A DNA stretch of 63,789 nucleotides, counting the filler, from Stramenopiles sp. TOSAG23-6 (lineage: Eukaryota): assembly GCA_900128565.1 (NCBI GenBank). It is 38 parts of 38 records of this genome, joined end to end, with 100 filler letters (N's around TTAATTAATTAA, not from the genome) between each part and the next. Parts side by side here need not be neighbours in the genome. Positions count along the whole stretch, not along the records: positions 23,690 to 25,275 come from LT638834.1; positions 25,376 to 26,960 come from LT638835.1; positions 27,061 to 28,645 come from LT638836.1; positions 28,746 to 30,329 come from LT638837.1; positions 30,430 to 32,011 come from LT638838.1; positions 32,112 to 33,692 come from LT638839.1; positions 33,793 to 35,372 come from LT638840.1; positions 35,473 to 37,052 come from LT638841.1; 30 more parts are not named here. One strand, 5' to 3'. Position 1 is the stretch's first letter, and each line of letters opens with the position of its first letter. Positions 24,598 to 36,172 of the stretch are shown in pieces. The position numbers were made by a program, and so were the translations under genes. The notes beneath the pieces are model-generated. The model was given only the letters and a program-made list of their open reading frames with translations. It made no database searches and was not told the DNA's origin.

Positions 24598-25375
24598 ATT
24601 CATTTTCTCAAATCCTCTACTAGTCAATACAGTCAAATATTGCGGAGACATGTGTGTGCCATCTAGTTTAAACTCATCTTCTTTTTTTTTTACGTTTAAA
24701 AAACGTGCATTTAAAGGTATTTTTTTCATATTTCATTATATTTTTTTTCATACGAAATGTGTAACCTAATGAAAAAAAACAGTTTTTTGTAACATAAAAT
24801 TAAAAAAAAATTAATTTAATTTTTTTTTGGTACGAAATTTTGTACCTAACAATTTTTTTTTTTTGAAATATAATACAACAATATAAGAAAATCTAGACAT
24901 GACAAGCATACAAAACTGTTGTTATATACAAAACACGTTAGAGATGTCAAAATTAAAGACGAATTCAGAAAATATTTACAAGTGAAAAATTATTAAGTTT
25001 CAAAGATTTGTAGCATTTTTGTCTACTTTTGAAAAATTCTGGAATTTTGAATATAATAAAAACAGAAATGGAAATTCTCATTTTTTTTTATATAGAAAAA
25101 ATGGTATGGAATCCAAATATACATAGAAGAACATTGATCGATCAGAGTTAATCATCATTTCTTTCGACAAAAAAAAATCTGAAATTAAAATTTTTTTATT
25201 TTGTTTTCAAGAAAAAAAAATTAAAGCAATTTTTGAATTGCTGTTACCATCTTTGAGCATTCTTTGGTATAATTCNNNNNNNNNNNNNNNNNNNNNNNNN
25301 NNNNNNNNNNNNNNNNNNNTTAATTAATTAANNNNNNNNNNNNNNNNNNNNNNNNNNNNNNNNNNNNNNNNNNNN

Positions 25376-26960
25376 AAAAAGATGTACCAACAGCAGGCAA
25401 CAGACAACATCTTCTTGCACCAGAACCTGAAGTTGACACGTCTACTGTAAATGGTGGGCTTAAGCTAAGAACACAACAAACGCAACTAGATTTCACAAGC
25501 TTTCTAAAACCAAAACCTTTGTCCAAGCTTAAGGAGTCTATAGAGGTTTTTACACGTTTGGCAAAAAAAAGCGCAGACGAATTTCGAGAAATTCAAGCAG
25601 CAAAAGAAGCAGATAGAAGGAAAGAAGCTGATCGTTTGTCAGCTAGATTGGAAGGAAGCACATTAGAAGAAGAAAAAAAAGCAGTAGCAGTGCCAGTAGC
25701 GAAGAAGAAGAACAACAACAACAAGAAGAAGAAGAACAAGAAGAAGAAGAAGAAGAAGAAGAAGACAGCAGCACAAGCAAAAGCAGATCAAGCACGTCAA
25801 CAACCACAAGAAATAGCAGAAGCACAAGCAAAAGCAGTAGAAGCAGAAGTAGCAGCAGCAGCAGCACAAGCAGAAGAAACAAAAAAAACAGAAGCAGCAG
25901 CAGTACGCATTCAAGCTCTCCATCGTGGAAACCAAGGAAGAAAAACAGCAGCGCAAGCAGCAGCAGCACAAAACGCAGCAGCAGCAGCACAAGCACAAGA
26001 AACAAAAAAAAAAGAAGAAGAAGCAGAAACAGCAGCAGCAAAAGTAGCACAAGAAGCAATCGCATCAATAGCAAGAGCTGCTACTACAATTCAAAATGCA
26101 TCGGAAACTGCTGGCAGAAAAGCAGCAGCACAACGAGCACAACCAGCTCCATCAATATCAACAGGAGTTGTAACAGCAGTACGACCACCACATGGTGAGG
26201 GTGGATCAGGAGAGGGTCCTGCACTAACACCTGGTAGTGATAAAATCCAGGAATTACAAATTGTTGCGTCTCCTGAAAGACAAGAAACTGTACAAGTATC
26301 TGGTTCACATGGTGATATGCCTCTTCTTGTAGCAGATGGCAATTTATTCAGACTAAACCCCAAAGTAATTGCGCCTTTATTATTTTTAATTTTACAGCCG
26401 TCAACCTCGACTCCTCAAAGAAGCAAGGAAGTACAACTTGAACTTCTAAATCAACTGAATTCACAGAAATCATCTTTTGGTTCACAAGAGGTAACAGCAG
26501 AACTCCAGCATGTTCTCTCAGATCTCTCAGATCTCATCGGACGAGATGGATCAGAATCCACAGTTGATTTTCTTAAGGGTGATCTCTCAGCTCTCCTCAA
26601 ACTACGTCTTACTCCTCAGGAATGGAACCAATTTATTGCACATGTTCAACCACAACTTCAACAAGCGTTAACCTTGAGTGAACGTCAAAATGATGGAAAC
26701 GTCGTGTTTTTACAAGATGGCAATAATGATGAAATGAGTAGTCTGCAAGATGTTACACATGGTGGTGGTGGTGGTTTTGGTGAAGTTCTTCCAGGAGCAG
26801 CACAGCCATCTCCTGAACTTCATGAACGACTTCGTCAACCACGACTTGCTTATTCACAAGGTACAATAGTCCGAGTACCAGCAACAGCGACACGGCAACC
26901 AGGACAAAAAGATGTACCAACAGCAGGCAACAGACAACATCTTCTTGCACCAGAACCTGA
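25376..26960 (+). CDS. Stop-free reading frame across the whole contig; Ala/Glu/Lys/Gln-rich with IQ motif; 1530-bp repeat unit
   Basis: AAVRIQALHRGNQGRK IQ motif; first 55 nt equal last 55 nt. Confidence 0.75.
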
Positions 26961-27081
26961 NNNNNNNNNNNNNNNNNNNNNNNNNNNNNNNNNNNNNNNN
27001 NNNNTTAATTAATTAANNNNNNNNNNNNNNNNNNNNNNNNNNNNNNNNNNNNNNNNNNNNTTTTTTTTTCTTAGGGAATTT

Positions 27082-27384
27082 TTTACCAAAAAAAAAAAAA
27101 AAAATTCAATTTTTTTTTTTTTTTTTTCCTTCACAATACAGACATCGTATATACACTTGCAAAACAAGCTAATTTATTGGGTGCATTTAAATTGGCTCGA
27201 TATGCCTATTCTAGATTACAAAGATTACTTATACCGAAAGACTGGAGAGATCAATTAGATGTTGCTATCATGTATGTTTTAATTTTTTTTTGAATTTTAA
27301 TTTTTTTTGAATTTTTTATTTTTTTTTATTTATTTTTTTTTTTTTTTTTTATACAAAAAATCATTCTTTTGTTCAGCATGAATT

Positions 27385-27416
<32 letters not shown>

Positions 27417-28584
27417 GTACGAAATTTTGTACCTAACAAATTTCAAAAAAAAATTTTGAAATATTTTCTAAAAAAACATGACATTACAAGCCATGCCGTT
27501 TTCAGATAAAAGTGAATTATTACCAGTGTGCTATCGATGTGCAAATACAAATCCTTTAGTAAATAATTATTCTATTGGTGATGTCTGTGTGACATGTCAA
27601 CATCCATTTATTCGATCATTTTCAAATTTTGATATATTGCCTCTGGTAGAATGTTTGTTTTCAATTTCGAATTTAATTTTTTTTTTTTTTTTCAATTTCA
27701 ATTTCAATTTCGAATTTAATTTTTTTTTTTCATACGAAATTTCGTACCTAACAAATATTTTGGATTTTTTTAGATATTGTCAAACAAAAAAGTTGCACCA
27801 GATCCTACACTAAATATTGATGAAGAGACAGTTGATATATTATTAAGTCAAATTGGTGACATTGACTCAAAAAACACTGTACATAGTAAAACGAGTACAA
27901 TGAAGAATTCGTCAATTCGTAAAAATAATTCAAATTCTCAATATAATGAGGATAATGATGAAAAAGAAACTGATATAAATGAAGAAATCGCGCAAATTGA
28001 CACGTGGCATGCAAATCAAAATAATGATGAAGATGATGATAACGATGAATCAATAGATTTATTTCAAGAAGCAATGCAATCACAAGTTCCACGATCGATT
28101 AAACCTGAGTCTCATACACGAAAAACGAGACATAATGTACGATTTCAAAATTGAATTTTTTTTTTTTTTTTTTTTTNNNNNNNNNNNNNNNNNNNNNNNN
28201 NNNNNNNNNNNNNNNNNNNNNNNNNNNNNNNNNNNNNNNNNNNNNNNNTCAAATCAAAAATTTCAAAATTTCACAATATAGGATCGCTTACCACAACACA
28301 AACCTGTTTATGTTGATGAAAAAATATTACGCCAAATGGATCCATCAGAAGTGTTTATAGCACGTAGTAACAACATCAACGTTAAAACAAAATATTACAA
28401 AAATGTTTTACCTCAACAAGTAAAAATTGTTTTAGGACCGGGTAACCGATTTTTTAATTTAGAAGAATATGAATTTTTATACCTTGAACATGGATTCTCT
28501 CCAGTATGTCGTCAGATTGATAAAAATATGGAAATGGTAGATACAAAAATTAACTCTAAAAATAATGTAGGTTTTGGTAGTGAA
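27082..28584 (+). CDS. IFT122: Intraflagellar transport protein 122, C-terminal exons; introns 27272-27479, 27653-27792, 28137-28281
   Basis: YTLAKQA..LGAFKLARYAY.RL, PF.D..ELLPVCYRC...NPL, C..CQHPFIRSF..FDILPLVEF, FF..EEYE match IFT122/WDR10. Confidence 0.9.
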
Positions 28585-28944
28585 TGTTTTTTTTTTGTAT
28601 GAAAATTTTGTACCTAAAAAAAAATCGTATGAAAAAAAAAATTTTNNNNNNNNNNNNNNNNNNNNNNNNNNNNNNNNNNNNNNNNNNNNTTAATTAATTA
28701 ANNNNNNNNNNNNNNNNNNNNNNNNNNNNNNNNNNNNNNNNNNNNTACTGGGATTGTGAATTGCTTGTGTATGACTTGACTTCGACTTCGACTTCATTTT
28801 AATATTTTATGAAAAATTTCATAAAAAATTAAAACATTGTTAATTTTTTCTGAAAAATTGATTTTTATGAAAAAAAATTCCATTGACTCTTACGGCCATA
28901 CAGCATAAAACCCTTATACCCTTACAGCCATGTAGCATACACCA

Positions 28945-30253
28945 ATGGTTTCGAGATATATCAAATGGCAGGTAGTACCGAGAGTATTAATAGTACTTCT
29001 TGTTGGCACAATGTTGTATTTATTATTTTCTTATGCATNNNNNNNNNNNNNNNNNNNNNNNNNNNNNNNNNNNNNNNNNNNNNNNNNNNAAAAAGATTTT
29101 TCGCCACAGATCTGTATTGCTATAGCAGCAATGGCTCAACGTGATCGGAATCCTGTTCTTGAGTTGGTAGCTTCTATTTTACGAGGTGGTTTATATACAC
29201 TGTCGTCCACCTTGCAAGGTGAGTTTGAAAAAAATACTAAAATAATTGTTCAATTTTCTGGTAAAAGTGGTCAAATTCCTTATCCAGATGAAGATGTTGT
29301 ATCAATTCTTCGTCGTGTTGGTGTACAAGTTGAAGTACACTAAGACTGGTGCAAAATATGTTGTTATTATGGAAGAGGATACATGGGCAACTCCAAATTT
29401 TGTAAAAAAAATGATAGATGCTATTAATGAAACAAAAAAAGGATTTTTTAAAAAATCTCATTGGATGTTGAAGTTATTTGTCACTGATTATTGGCAAGGT
29501 TGGAGCTTTTATGATATCACTCATATCTTCTATTTAATTCGCAGTTCTTTTATTTTTGGTATTGTTACCCTTATACCCGTATTACTTATCGCATCTACTC
29601 TACTATCAAAAGTATTTTCATTAAAGGAAAGAAAACAAAAACAGAAAGAAACAATGTTACCGTTTGCTCAATTAAAAATGTTTCCGCAAAAAAAGCAACA
29701 AACAAAATTTTCAAAAAAACGAAAGTTACGATTTTGTAGAAATATATTCATGAAAACAAAACTCGCTCAAGAATATATGCCTGGTGGCTATCTTACATGG
29801 TTTGTATGGTTATGCCTAGTAGGAGCTGTAACTAGTTTACTTGCTGGTCGTAGAAATTTAGGATGGATTGGAGGAAGTCCCTTTTATCTTCATCGAAGTC
29901 ATTGTGGTGTATTCGCTGGTGTGCAAGGATCACAAGCTCAAGGTATTGTATTTCCAGATTATGCAGCTCGTAAACTTTCCAATTACTTAAAAAAAGATAG
30001 TGAGAATCCACACAAAACTTCTGAAGCTGATATTAGAATTGACGATTGGAGGGAAGAAGGTGATGTAAAATCTTTTTTAATGTCGCCCAGTTTGTTACAA
30101 CATACAGGTTTGAGAACAACAAGTGCAAGTAAATCAAGAAGTAGGCAAAAATTAAAAAATGCCACGCTATTTCATCATTTAAAAAGAGCTTCATCGTTTG
30201 ATGATTTTGATTATAATCAATTGGAAAAAGAAATCTTACAACTGAAAAATTAA
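28945..30253 (+). CDS. PGAP4/TMEM246-like GT-A glycosyltransferase with internal TM pair; frame break near 29340
   Basis: N-terminal anchor, YVVIMEEDT, LKLF, two TM helices, GIVFP, PSLLQHTG layout as in PGAP4. Confidence 0.65.
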
Positions 30254-30577
30254 GGCGCGTCAAAACTAATATTTACAGAAAATATCAAAAAATAAAGAAT
30301 TTCAACTCATGTATTTACTTTTTTTCACTNNNNNNNNNNNNNNNNNNNNNNNNNNNNNNNNNNNNNNNNNNNNTTAATTAATTAANNNNNNNNNNNNNNN
30401 NNNNNNNNNNNNNNNNNNNNNNNNNNNNNAAAAATATATATTATTATTTATTTTTTCAAAATGACAGAATTACATATAAGTAATAATAATAATTAAAAAT
30501 ATATTTTATTTTTTATTTTTTCAAAATGACAGAATTACATATACGTAATAATAATAATTAAAAATATATATTATTTT

Positions 30578-31753
30578 TTATTTTTTCAAAATGACAGAAT
30601 TATAATGCGCACCAAGAGCAAAATAATGTTTGTGAAAAGAAAGTCGTAATGGTGGACTATCCAAGTTAGGGTTAGGGTTTTCGAGACTAGGGTTAGGGTT
30701 CATGTGTACCGTTGGGCCTGTTGCATAAAAAACATCAATTTTTGAAGCAAGTGCAGCTGATAAAGCTTTAATTTCTATTTCACCACCCCATGTCGCTGTT
30801 GTTTCTATCAAATCACAATACATTTCAAATTTTGATTTTTTTGATGATTTTGATAATTTTGATTGATTTAAATGATGAATGCTCTCCGAATTGTCATGTA
30901 TTGATTCACAGTTTTTTGTAATAGAATTTTCTCCAGCTGCGGCAAGAATAAATGGTGAAAATTCTTGCTCATGTGTCCGAATATATTCTGCTGTTAATGA
31001 ACGCAAAAATGAAATTTCATCATTTTTTACACATTTTTTCAAAACATTTTCGTTACATGAAATTGATGCAATTGTTGCAGCTTTAATTGCTGATGTGCCT
31101 AGAGACTTCAATTGATCTGCAACAGCTCTGTATAAACAATTTCCATCTGAAATGATTTCTTTAATGATACAAGGCATTTTAACACATTGAGCTATTTTTT
31201 TTTCCAAGAGCTGCGTTTCTTCTAGGCGTTCGTTGACTGTTCCTTGTTGGATTCGTTTTTTTTCTTTTTCTAATTCGATATTTCTTGCCTTGGCTTTTGC
31301 TCTCTTTTTTTGAGCTCGCGTCAGTTTTTTCGTGTTTGTTGTTGTACTTGTTGTATTGCTGTCTGATATTGGAATATTATTTTCGACATTCCATCGTCTA
31401 CGGGCTTCATTGACACTAGCGTCATCAGTATGAAGACCCATTGCGTCTAATTCTTCTTCATGTCGTTTTTTAATGTTGGATTCCTCTTCAGTAAACCTTG
31501 CCCATATTAGTTTTCTTTTGGTACGGTTTTTCTTTCCCACCAAACCTACTTTCGCTAAAGTAAGATTCTTTAATTCCAATAGTTCAAGTTGTTGCCGATC
31601 AATCAGAGAGGCCAGAGGAGTTTTCTCCACTACGACTGCCATTTCCGCTGGTTCAACCAAGGGAACTGGTGGTAGGGATGCATTAGCAAGTTTCTCCTCT
31701 TCTTCCAGCTTTGCCGCTGCAATTGCATCCATTAAAAAATCCGGTACAGACAT
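30578..31753 (-). CDS. OTUD6B: OTU-domain deubiquitinase OTUD6B/Otu2-like, copy 1
   Basis: I.SDGNCLYRAVADQL, WGGEIEIKALS, LSFHKHYFALGAHYNSV. Confidence 0.9.
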   Translation of the reverse strand: MSVPDFLMDAIAAAKLEEEEKLANASLPPVPLVEPAEMAVVVEKTPLASLIDRQQLELLELKNLTLAKVGLVGKKNRTKRKLIWARFTEEESNIKKRHEEELDAMGLHTDDASVNEARRRWNVENNIPISDSNTTSTTTNTKKLTRAQKKRAKAKARNIELEKEKKRIQQGTVNERLEETQLLEKKIAQCVKMPCIIKEIISDGNCLYRAVADQLKSLGTSAIKAATIASISCNENVLKKCVKNDEISFLRSLTAEYIRTHEQEFSPFILAAAGENSITKNCESIHDNSESIHHLNQSKLSKSSKKSKFEMYCDLIETTATWGGEIEIKALSAALASKIDVFYATGPTVHMNPNPSLENPNPNLDSPPLRLSFHKHYFALGAHYNSVILKK

Positions 31754-32207
31754 GCTGTATACAATTTATTGAACAAGAAACAATCAATCAAAATGTATGG
31801 CTCTTTTTGTCTTTTGTGCTGTTGTTGTATGCGAACGAATGAACGAACTCGTAAGTCGTGTTTCAATATTAGTATGATTAGTATTGAATAGTTTCAGTCA
31901 AGTTGTTGACAATGTTGAGTCAACTGATGATTTATTTAGATTATGAAAAAATTGAAAAAAAAACAACTGACTCTTCTGAACAGGTTTGCGCAAAAATATG
32001 ATGGGTTTCATNNNNNNNNNNNNNNNNNNNNNNNNNNNNNNNNNNNNNNNNNNNNTTAATTAATTAANNNNNNNNNNNNNNNNNNNNNNNNNNNNNNNNN
32101 NNNNNNNNNNNAATGTATGTTTTATATGAATTTCTAATTTAATTTTTTTTTCATACGAAATTTCGTGCCTAACGATTTTTTTTTTGAAATATTTTTTCAC
32201 AATACGT

Positions 32208-33664
32208 GCACATAACCCAAATAACCGAAATTTGGTTGCTGAAGTCAGTGTGAAGGAACCGAAAACTTATGGAGAAGGAAATGCTCATCGTGTTATGGTT
32301 GTCGATTGTGGTATGAAGAATAATATGATCCGCTGTTTTGTTGACCGAGGTGCTGAAGTTACTGTTGTTCCATGGAATTACGATTTTACCAACATGAGCG
32401 AATGGGATGTATGTTTTATTTTTTTTTCAATTTCGAATTTATTTTTTATAGTAAATTTTGTACCTAACGAATTTTTTTTTGAAATATTTTTCCAAAATAC
32501 ATGGTTTATTTATTTCCAATGGACCGGGTAACCCTGCGATGTGTACTGAGACTGTTGAACACTTAAAAAAAGTAATTGATATAACAGAAAAGCCAATATT
32601 TGGAATTTGTATGGGAAATCAATTAATTTCACTTGCTGCCGGTGCATCTACATATAAGATGAAGTTTGGCAATCGCGGGCAAAATGTACGTTTTCAAAAT
32701 TGAATATCGAATTTATTTGTTTTTCATAGAAAGTTTTGTATCTAACGATTTTTTTTCTTACTCAAAAAAAAATATTTTTTCACAATTTATATTCCTGTCA
32801 AAAATGTCTTAACTGGAGAGTGTTTTATTACGCCTCAAAATCATGGGTATGCAGTTGATCCATCAACAATGTATATTTTCATCATTCATTTCAATTTCGA
32901 ATTTATTTATTTTTTATACGAAATTTTGTACCTAACGGCGAACATTTTTTTTCAAGTAAATATTTTTGTTTTTATCATTTATTTCAAATTATTCTTTTTG
33001 TATCTACAATATCTTGCCTAACTCAAAAATCAAATGTTTAAAATACTTTTTTACTTTACATGACAAGCGATTGGCGCCAATTGTTTTACAACGCAAATGA
33101 TGGAACAAATGAAGGTATAATTAATGTACACAGACCTGTCTTTTCTGCTCAGTTTCATCCTGAACACCGAGGAGGTCCTGACGATACCGAGTATTTTTTT
33201 GATGTATTCATGGATATGGTGCGAAATCCCACAGCGCGCCCAAAACTATGGGCATCTCCTAACTTTCCACCACCAAAAGCAGAAGGACGGACTATGCTTC
33301 CACCCCCAGTTCCAAAAGTAACTGATATTAAAAAAGTTTTGATTTTAGGATCAGGCGGTTTATGTATGTTTTATTTTTTTTCAATTTCGAAATAATTTTT
33401 CGTACGAAATTTTGTACCTAATTTTTTTCTGAAATATTTTTCCAAAATACATCAATAGGACAAGCTGGAGAGTTTGATTATTCTGGAGCACAAGCGATTA
33501 AAGCTCTAAAGGAGGAAGGTGTTAAAGTTGTCTTGATGAATCCTAATATTGCATCTGTACAAACAAATGTTGACAAATCCACCGAGATGCAAGCTGATCA
33601 AGTATATTCAGTCCCTGTCACTTTTGACTTTGTTGAAGGTGTTATCAAAAAAGAAAGACCTGAT
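32208..33664 (+). CDS. Glutamine-dependent carbamoyl-phosphate synthase, GATase domain fused to large subunit (CAD/CPS type); introns 32409-32502, 32686-32790, 32871-33061, 33364-33452
   Basis: [71 protein letters not shown]. Confidence 0.96.
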
Positions 33665-33802
33665 GTATGTTTTATTTTTTTTCAAATTCGATNNNNNNNN
33701 NNNNNNNNNNNNNNNNNNNNNNNNNNNNNNNNNNNNTTAATTAATTAANNNNNNNNNNNNNNNNNNNNNNNNNNNNNNNNNNNNNNNNNNNNCAAAATAC
33801 AA

Positions 33803-34990
33803 GGTGAAAGGGGAAGTCTGCTGCATAGAAGTGAACGCGGTGGAAGACTTAGTGATGCTCTTCTTGGTTCTGAATATTCTCGCAACTCTGGTTTCAAATG
33901 TACGTGTTCATCAAGACCTAATTTATTTTTTACTAAGAAAATTTTGTATCTAACGAATTTTTTTTACGAAAAAAAAAATATTTTTCACGATACATCAATA
34001 GACCAAAAATCTCAACTTGGTAGAACATCATTAGGTGGAATATTGAGACAAAGCCATACCACAGGAGGCACTGCTGGATCAAGTCGTCTGTCCTTATTAG
34101 GACCAGAAAATGGTAGAACTGTAGATTTCAGAGCAAGACAGGTCGCAAAGCTTCACGAAGCTGTTTCCACATTAAAGGAAAAATTACGATTGTCTGAAGA
34201 ATCTCGACTTCAACTTGAAATGGATCAAAGTAGTTCAAAAGCAGAATTAGATGATCTTCGATCTGAAGTAGATAAATTGCTAGGGCGTGCCGATGCTATA
34301 GAATGTATGTCGCTAGATGAGCTTGAAGGACTTGAAAAAAAACATCTTTCTGCATTGTCATCTATTGCTGCTGCTAGAGTAGGAAATGCTGGTGTTTTGA
34401 GAGAAAATAAATTGAAACTTCAATTAGAGGAAGCATTGGCCGAGGTGGCTAGAGTAAAGATGGAAAAAGAAATTCAAGCAGTAGACCTCAAAGCAGCAGA
34501 TGACGATATGGCTGCTAGGAGGCTTTCGCTTCAACAACTCCGAAAACAGCATAAGGATGAGATTGAATTACACAAAAAAACAATGTTAGATCTTGAGATA
34601 AAGCTGCATTCTAAAACTTCCCTTGTTAATGGAATTGTACCTGTTGTTACAGGTGTCACCTGCAGTTCTTCAAATACGGCGAATGATGTTGTGAAAGATG
34701 CTCCAAATTCAGCAGTACAAGTGAACAAAAAAGAAAACCAATCTCCAGTAGAAAATTCTATATCTTCTTTGAAGAATAATTCTACTGCTACGCCCCGCAG
34801 GTCTCATTTAAAAACTCCTTCGAGCAAAAGGTTGCCGAATGCTGCTTCTTTGCCGAAGCATGTAGCATCAACACAAAGTATTTTAACACCAGTACAACGA
34901 CGAATATCATCAGAGCGTAGGGTTTCTGCATCTCCTCTTCATTTATATTTTGCAGAAGGTGTGAAACAACACTCCAATGTGAAGAAATGA
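33803..34990 (+). CDS. Coiled-coil protein C-terminus; intron 33900-33995
   Basis: Long ORF with heptad pattern; in-frame join FK-S-IDQK. Confidence 0.65.
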   Translation, partial: GERGSLLHRSERGGRLSDALLGSEYSRNSGFKCTCSSRPNLFFTKKILYLTNFFYEKKNIFHDTSIDQKSQLGRTSLGGILRQSHTTGGTAGSSRLSLLGPENGRTVDFRARQVAKLHEAVSTLKEKLRLSEESRLQLEMDQSSSKAELDDLRSEVDKLLGRADAIECMSLDELEGLEKKHLSALSSIAAARVGNAGVLRENKLKLQLEEALAEVARVKMEKEIQAVDLKAADDDMAARRLSLQQLRKQHKDEIELHKKTMLDLEIKLHSKTSLVNGIVPVVTGVTCSSSNTANDVVKDAPNSAVQVNKKENQSPVENSISSLKNNSTATPRRSHLKTPSSKRLPNAASLPKHVASTQSILTPVQRRISSERRVSASPLHLYFAEGVKQHSNVKK

Positions 34991-35510
34991 ATAAATTTTC
35001 TTTGAACAATTTTGAGCAATTTTTTTTTTTACAACTAAGAAAATTTTATGGCTATTAGTAAATTTATTTTATTCCGCTTAGACTCAGAAAGACATTTGGT
35101 AACGCAAATTTTAACTGTTCTCACATTTCATTAACTTTTGTCTGATATCCTCCACCATGAGCATAGCTATAAAGTGTATTTAAGACTGGCACTAGTGGAG
35201 TATTTCCACCTTCCCACATTAAAGCCATTCGTCTATTATTTGGATCTCTTGAAGGACATTTTGTTCCGTCAATTCGTGCATGACAAAGAAACCCAACGGC
35301 TACATCGCTTTTGCCACGACAATTAAGTTGGAAACATTGACACTTTAAATTTTTGAGTTCTCCCCACCTAGTNNNNNNNNNNNNNNNNNNNNNNNNNNNN
35401 NNNNNNNNNNNNNNNNTTAATTAATTAANNNNNNNNNNNNNNNNNNNNNNNNNNNNNNNNNNNNNNNNNNNNTTTTTAGATTTTTTTTGAAATATTTTTT
35501 CAAAATACTT

Positions 35511-36172
35511 GGTTTACTACGTAAAAATGAATTTTTTTTAATTGCTGAACGAAAAGGAAAAATTGTTGGTTTTGTTAATTATTATTTTACTTGGTTTCGT
35601 GGCTCTCAAAATGATGAATTTGAAGATATTGATGATGATGATGTAAAAGAAAAAAATTCAAAAAAATCAAAAAAAAATCAAAAATCAAAAAAAAACAGTT
35701 TTGTTGATCCTATGGAAAAAACACGAAATCCGAAAAAAAATCAAAAATCGAAACAAGTGATGTATGTGGCAACTTTACAAGCCATTAAAAAAAAATCTCA
35801 TCCAGATGTTTTTTCTACACTAGGTGAACCGGGTATCAGTGAACCTAGATGTGGGACTGTTCTTTTATGTTTAGCCATGAAGCATGGATTGTGTACGTTT
35901 TCATTTGAAATTTTTTTCAAATTTTTTTTAAATTTTTTTCAAATTTTTTTTAAATTTTTTTCAAATTTTTTCTTCTCAAAAAAAAAAAAAAAAAATTAAT
36001 TTTTTTTCATACAAACTTTCATACCTAACATGTTTTTTTTGACAAAAAAATATTTTCCTTCACAATACATATATGGGTATGGAAACTCTTTATTTAGATG
36101 CTACCACAAATTCGATAAATTTTTATGAAAAATTTTTTAATATGAAGAAATGTGTCGCACGAAAAGGTCATA
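35511..36172 (+). CDS. GNAT-family acetyltransferase fragment (mirrored on minus strand at 36353-37014 by fold-back)
   Basis: FLIAERKGKIVGFVNY, MYVATLQ, GTVLL..AM, LYLDAT..SINFYEK. Confidence 0.7.

Noticed and set aside
32407-32500. Reading the introns as U12-type AT-AC by shifting both boundaries 2 nt
   Set aside because: Fails for 32686-32790 (would end TT), 47535-47644 (would start AC) and the AG-ending members; no RTATCCTT donor is present
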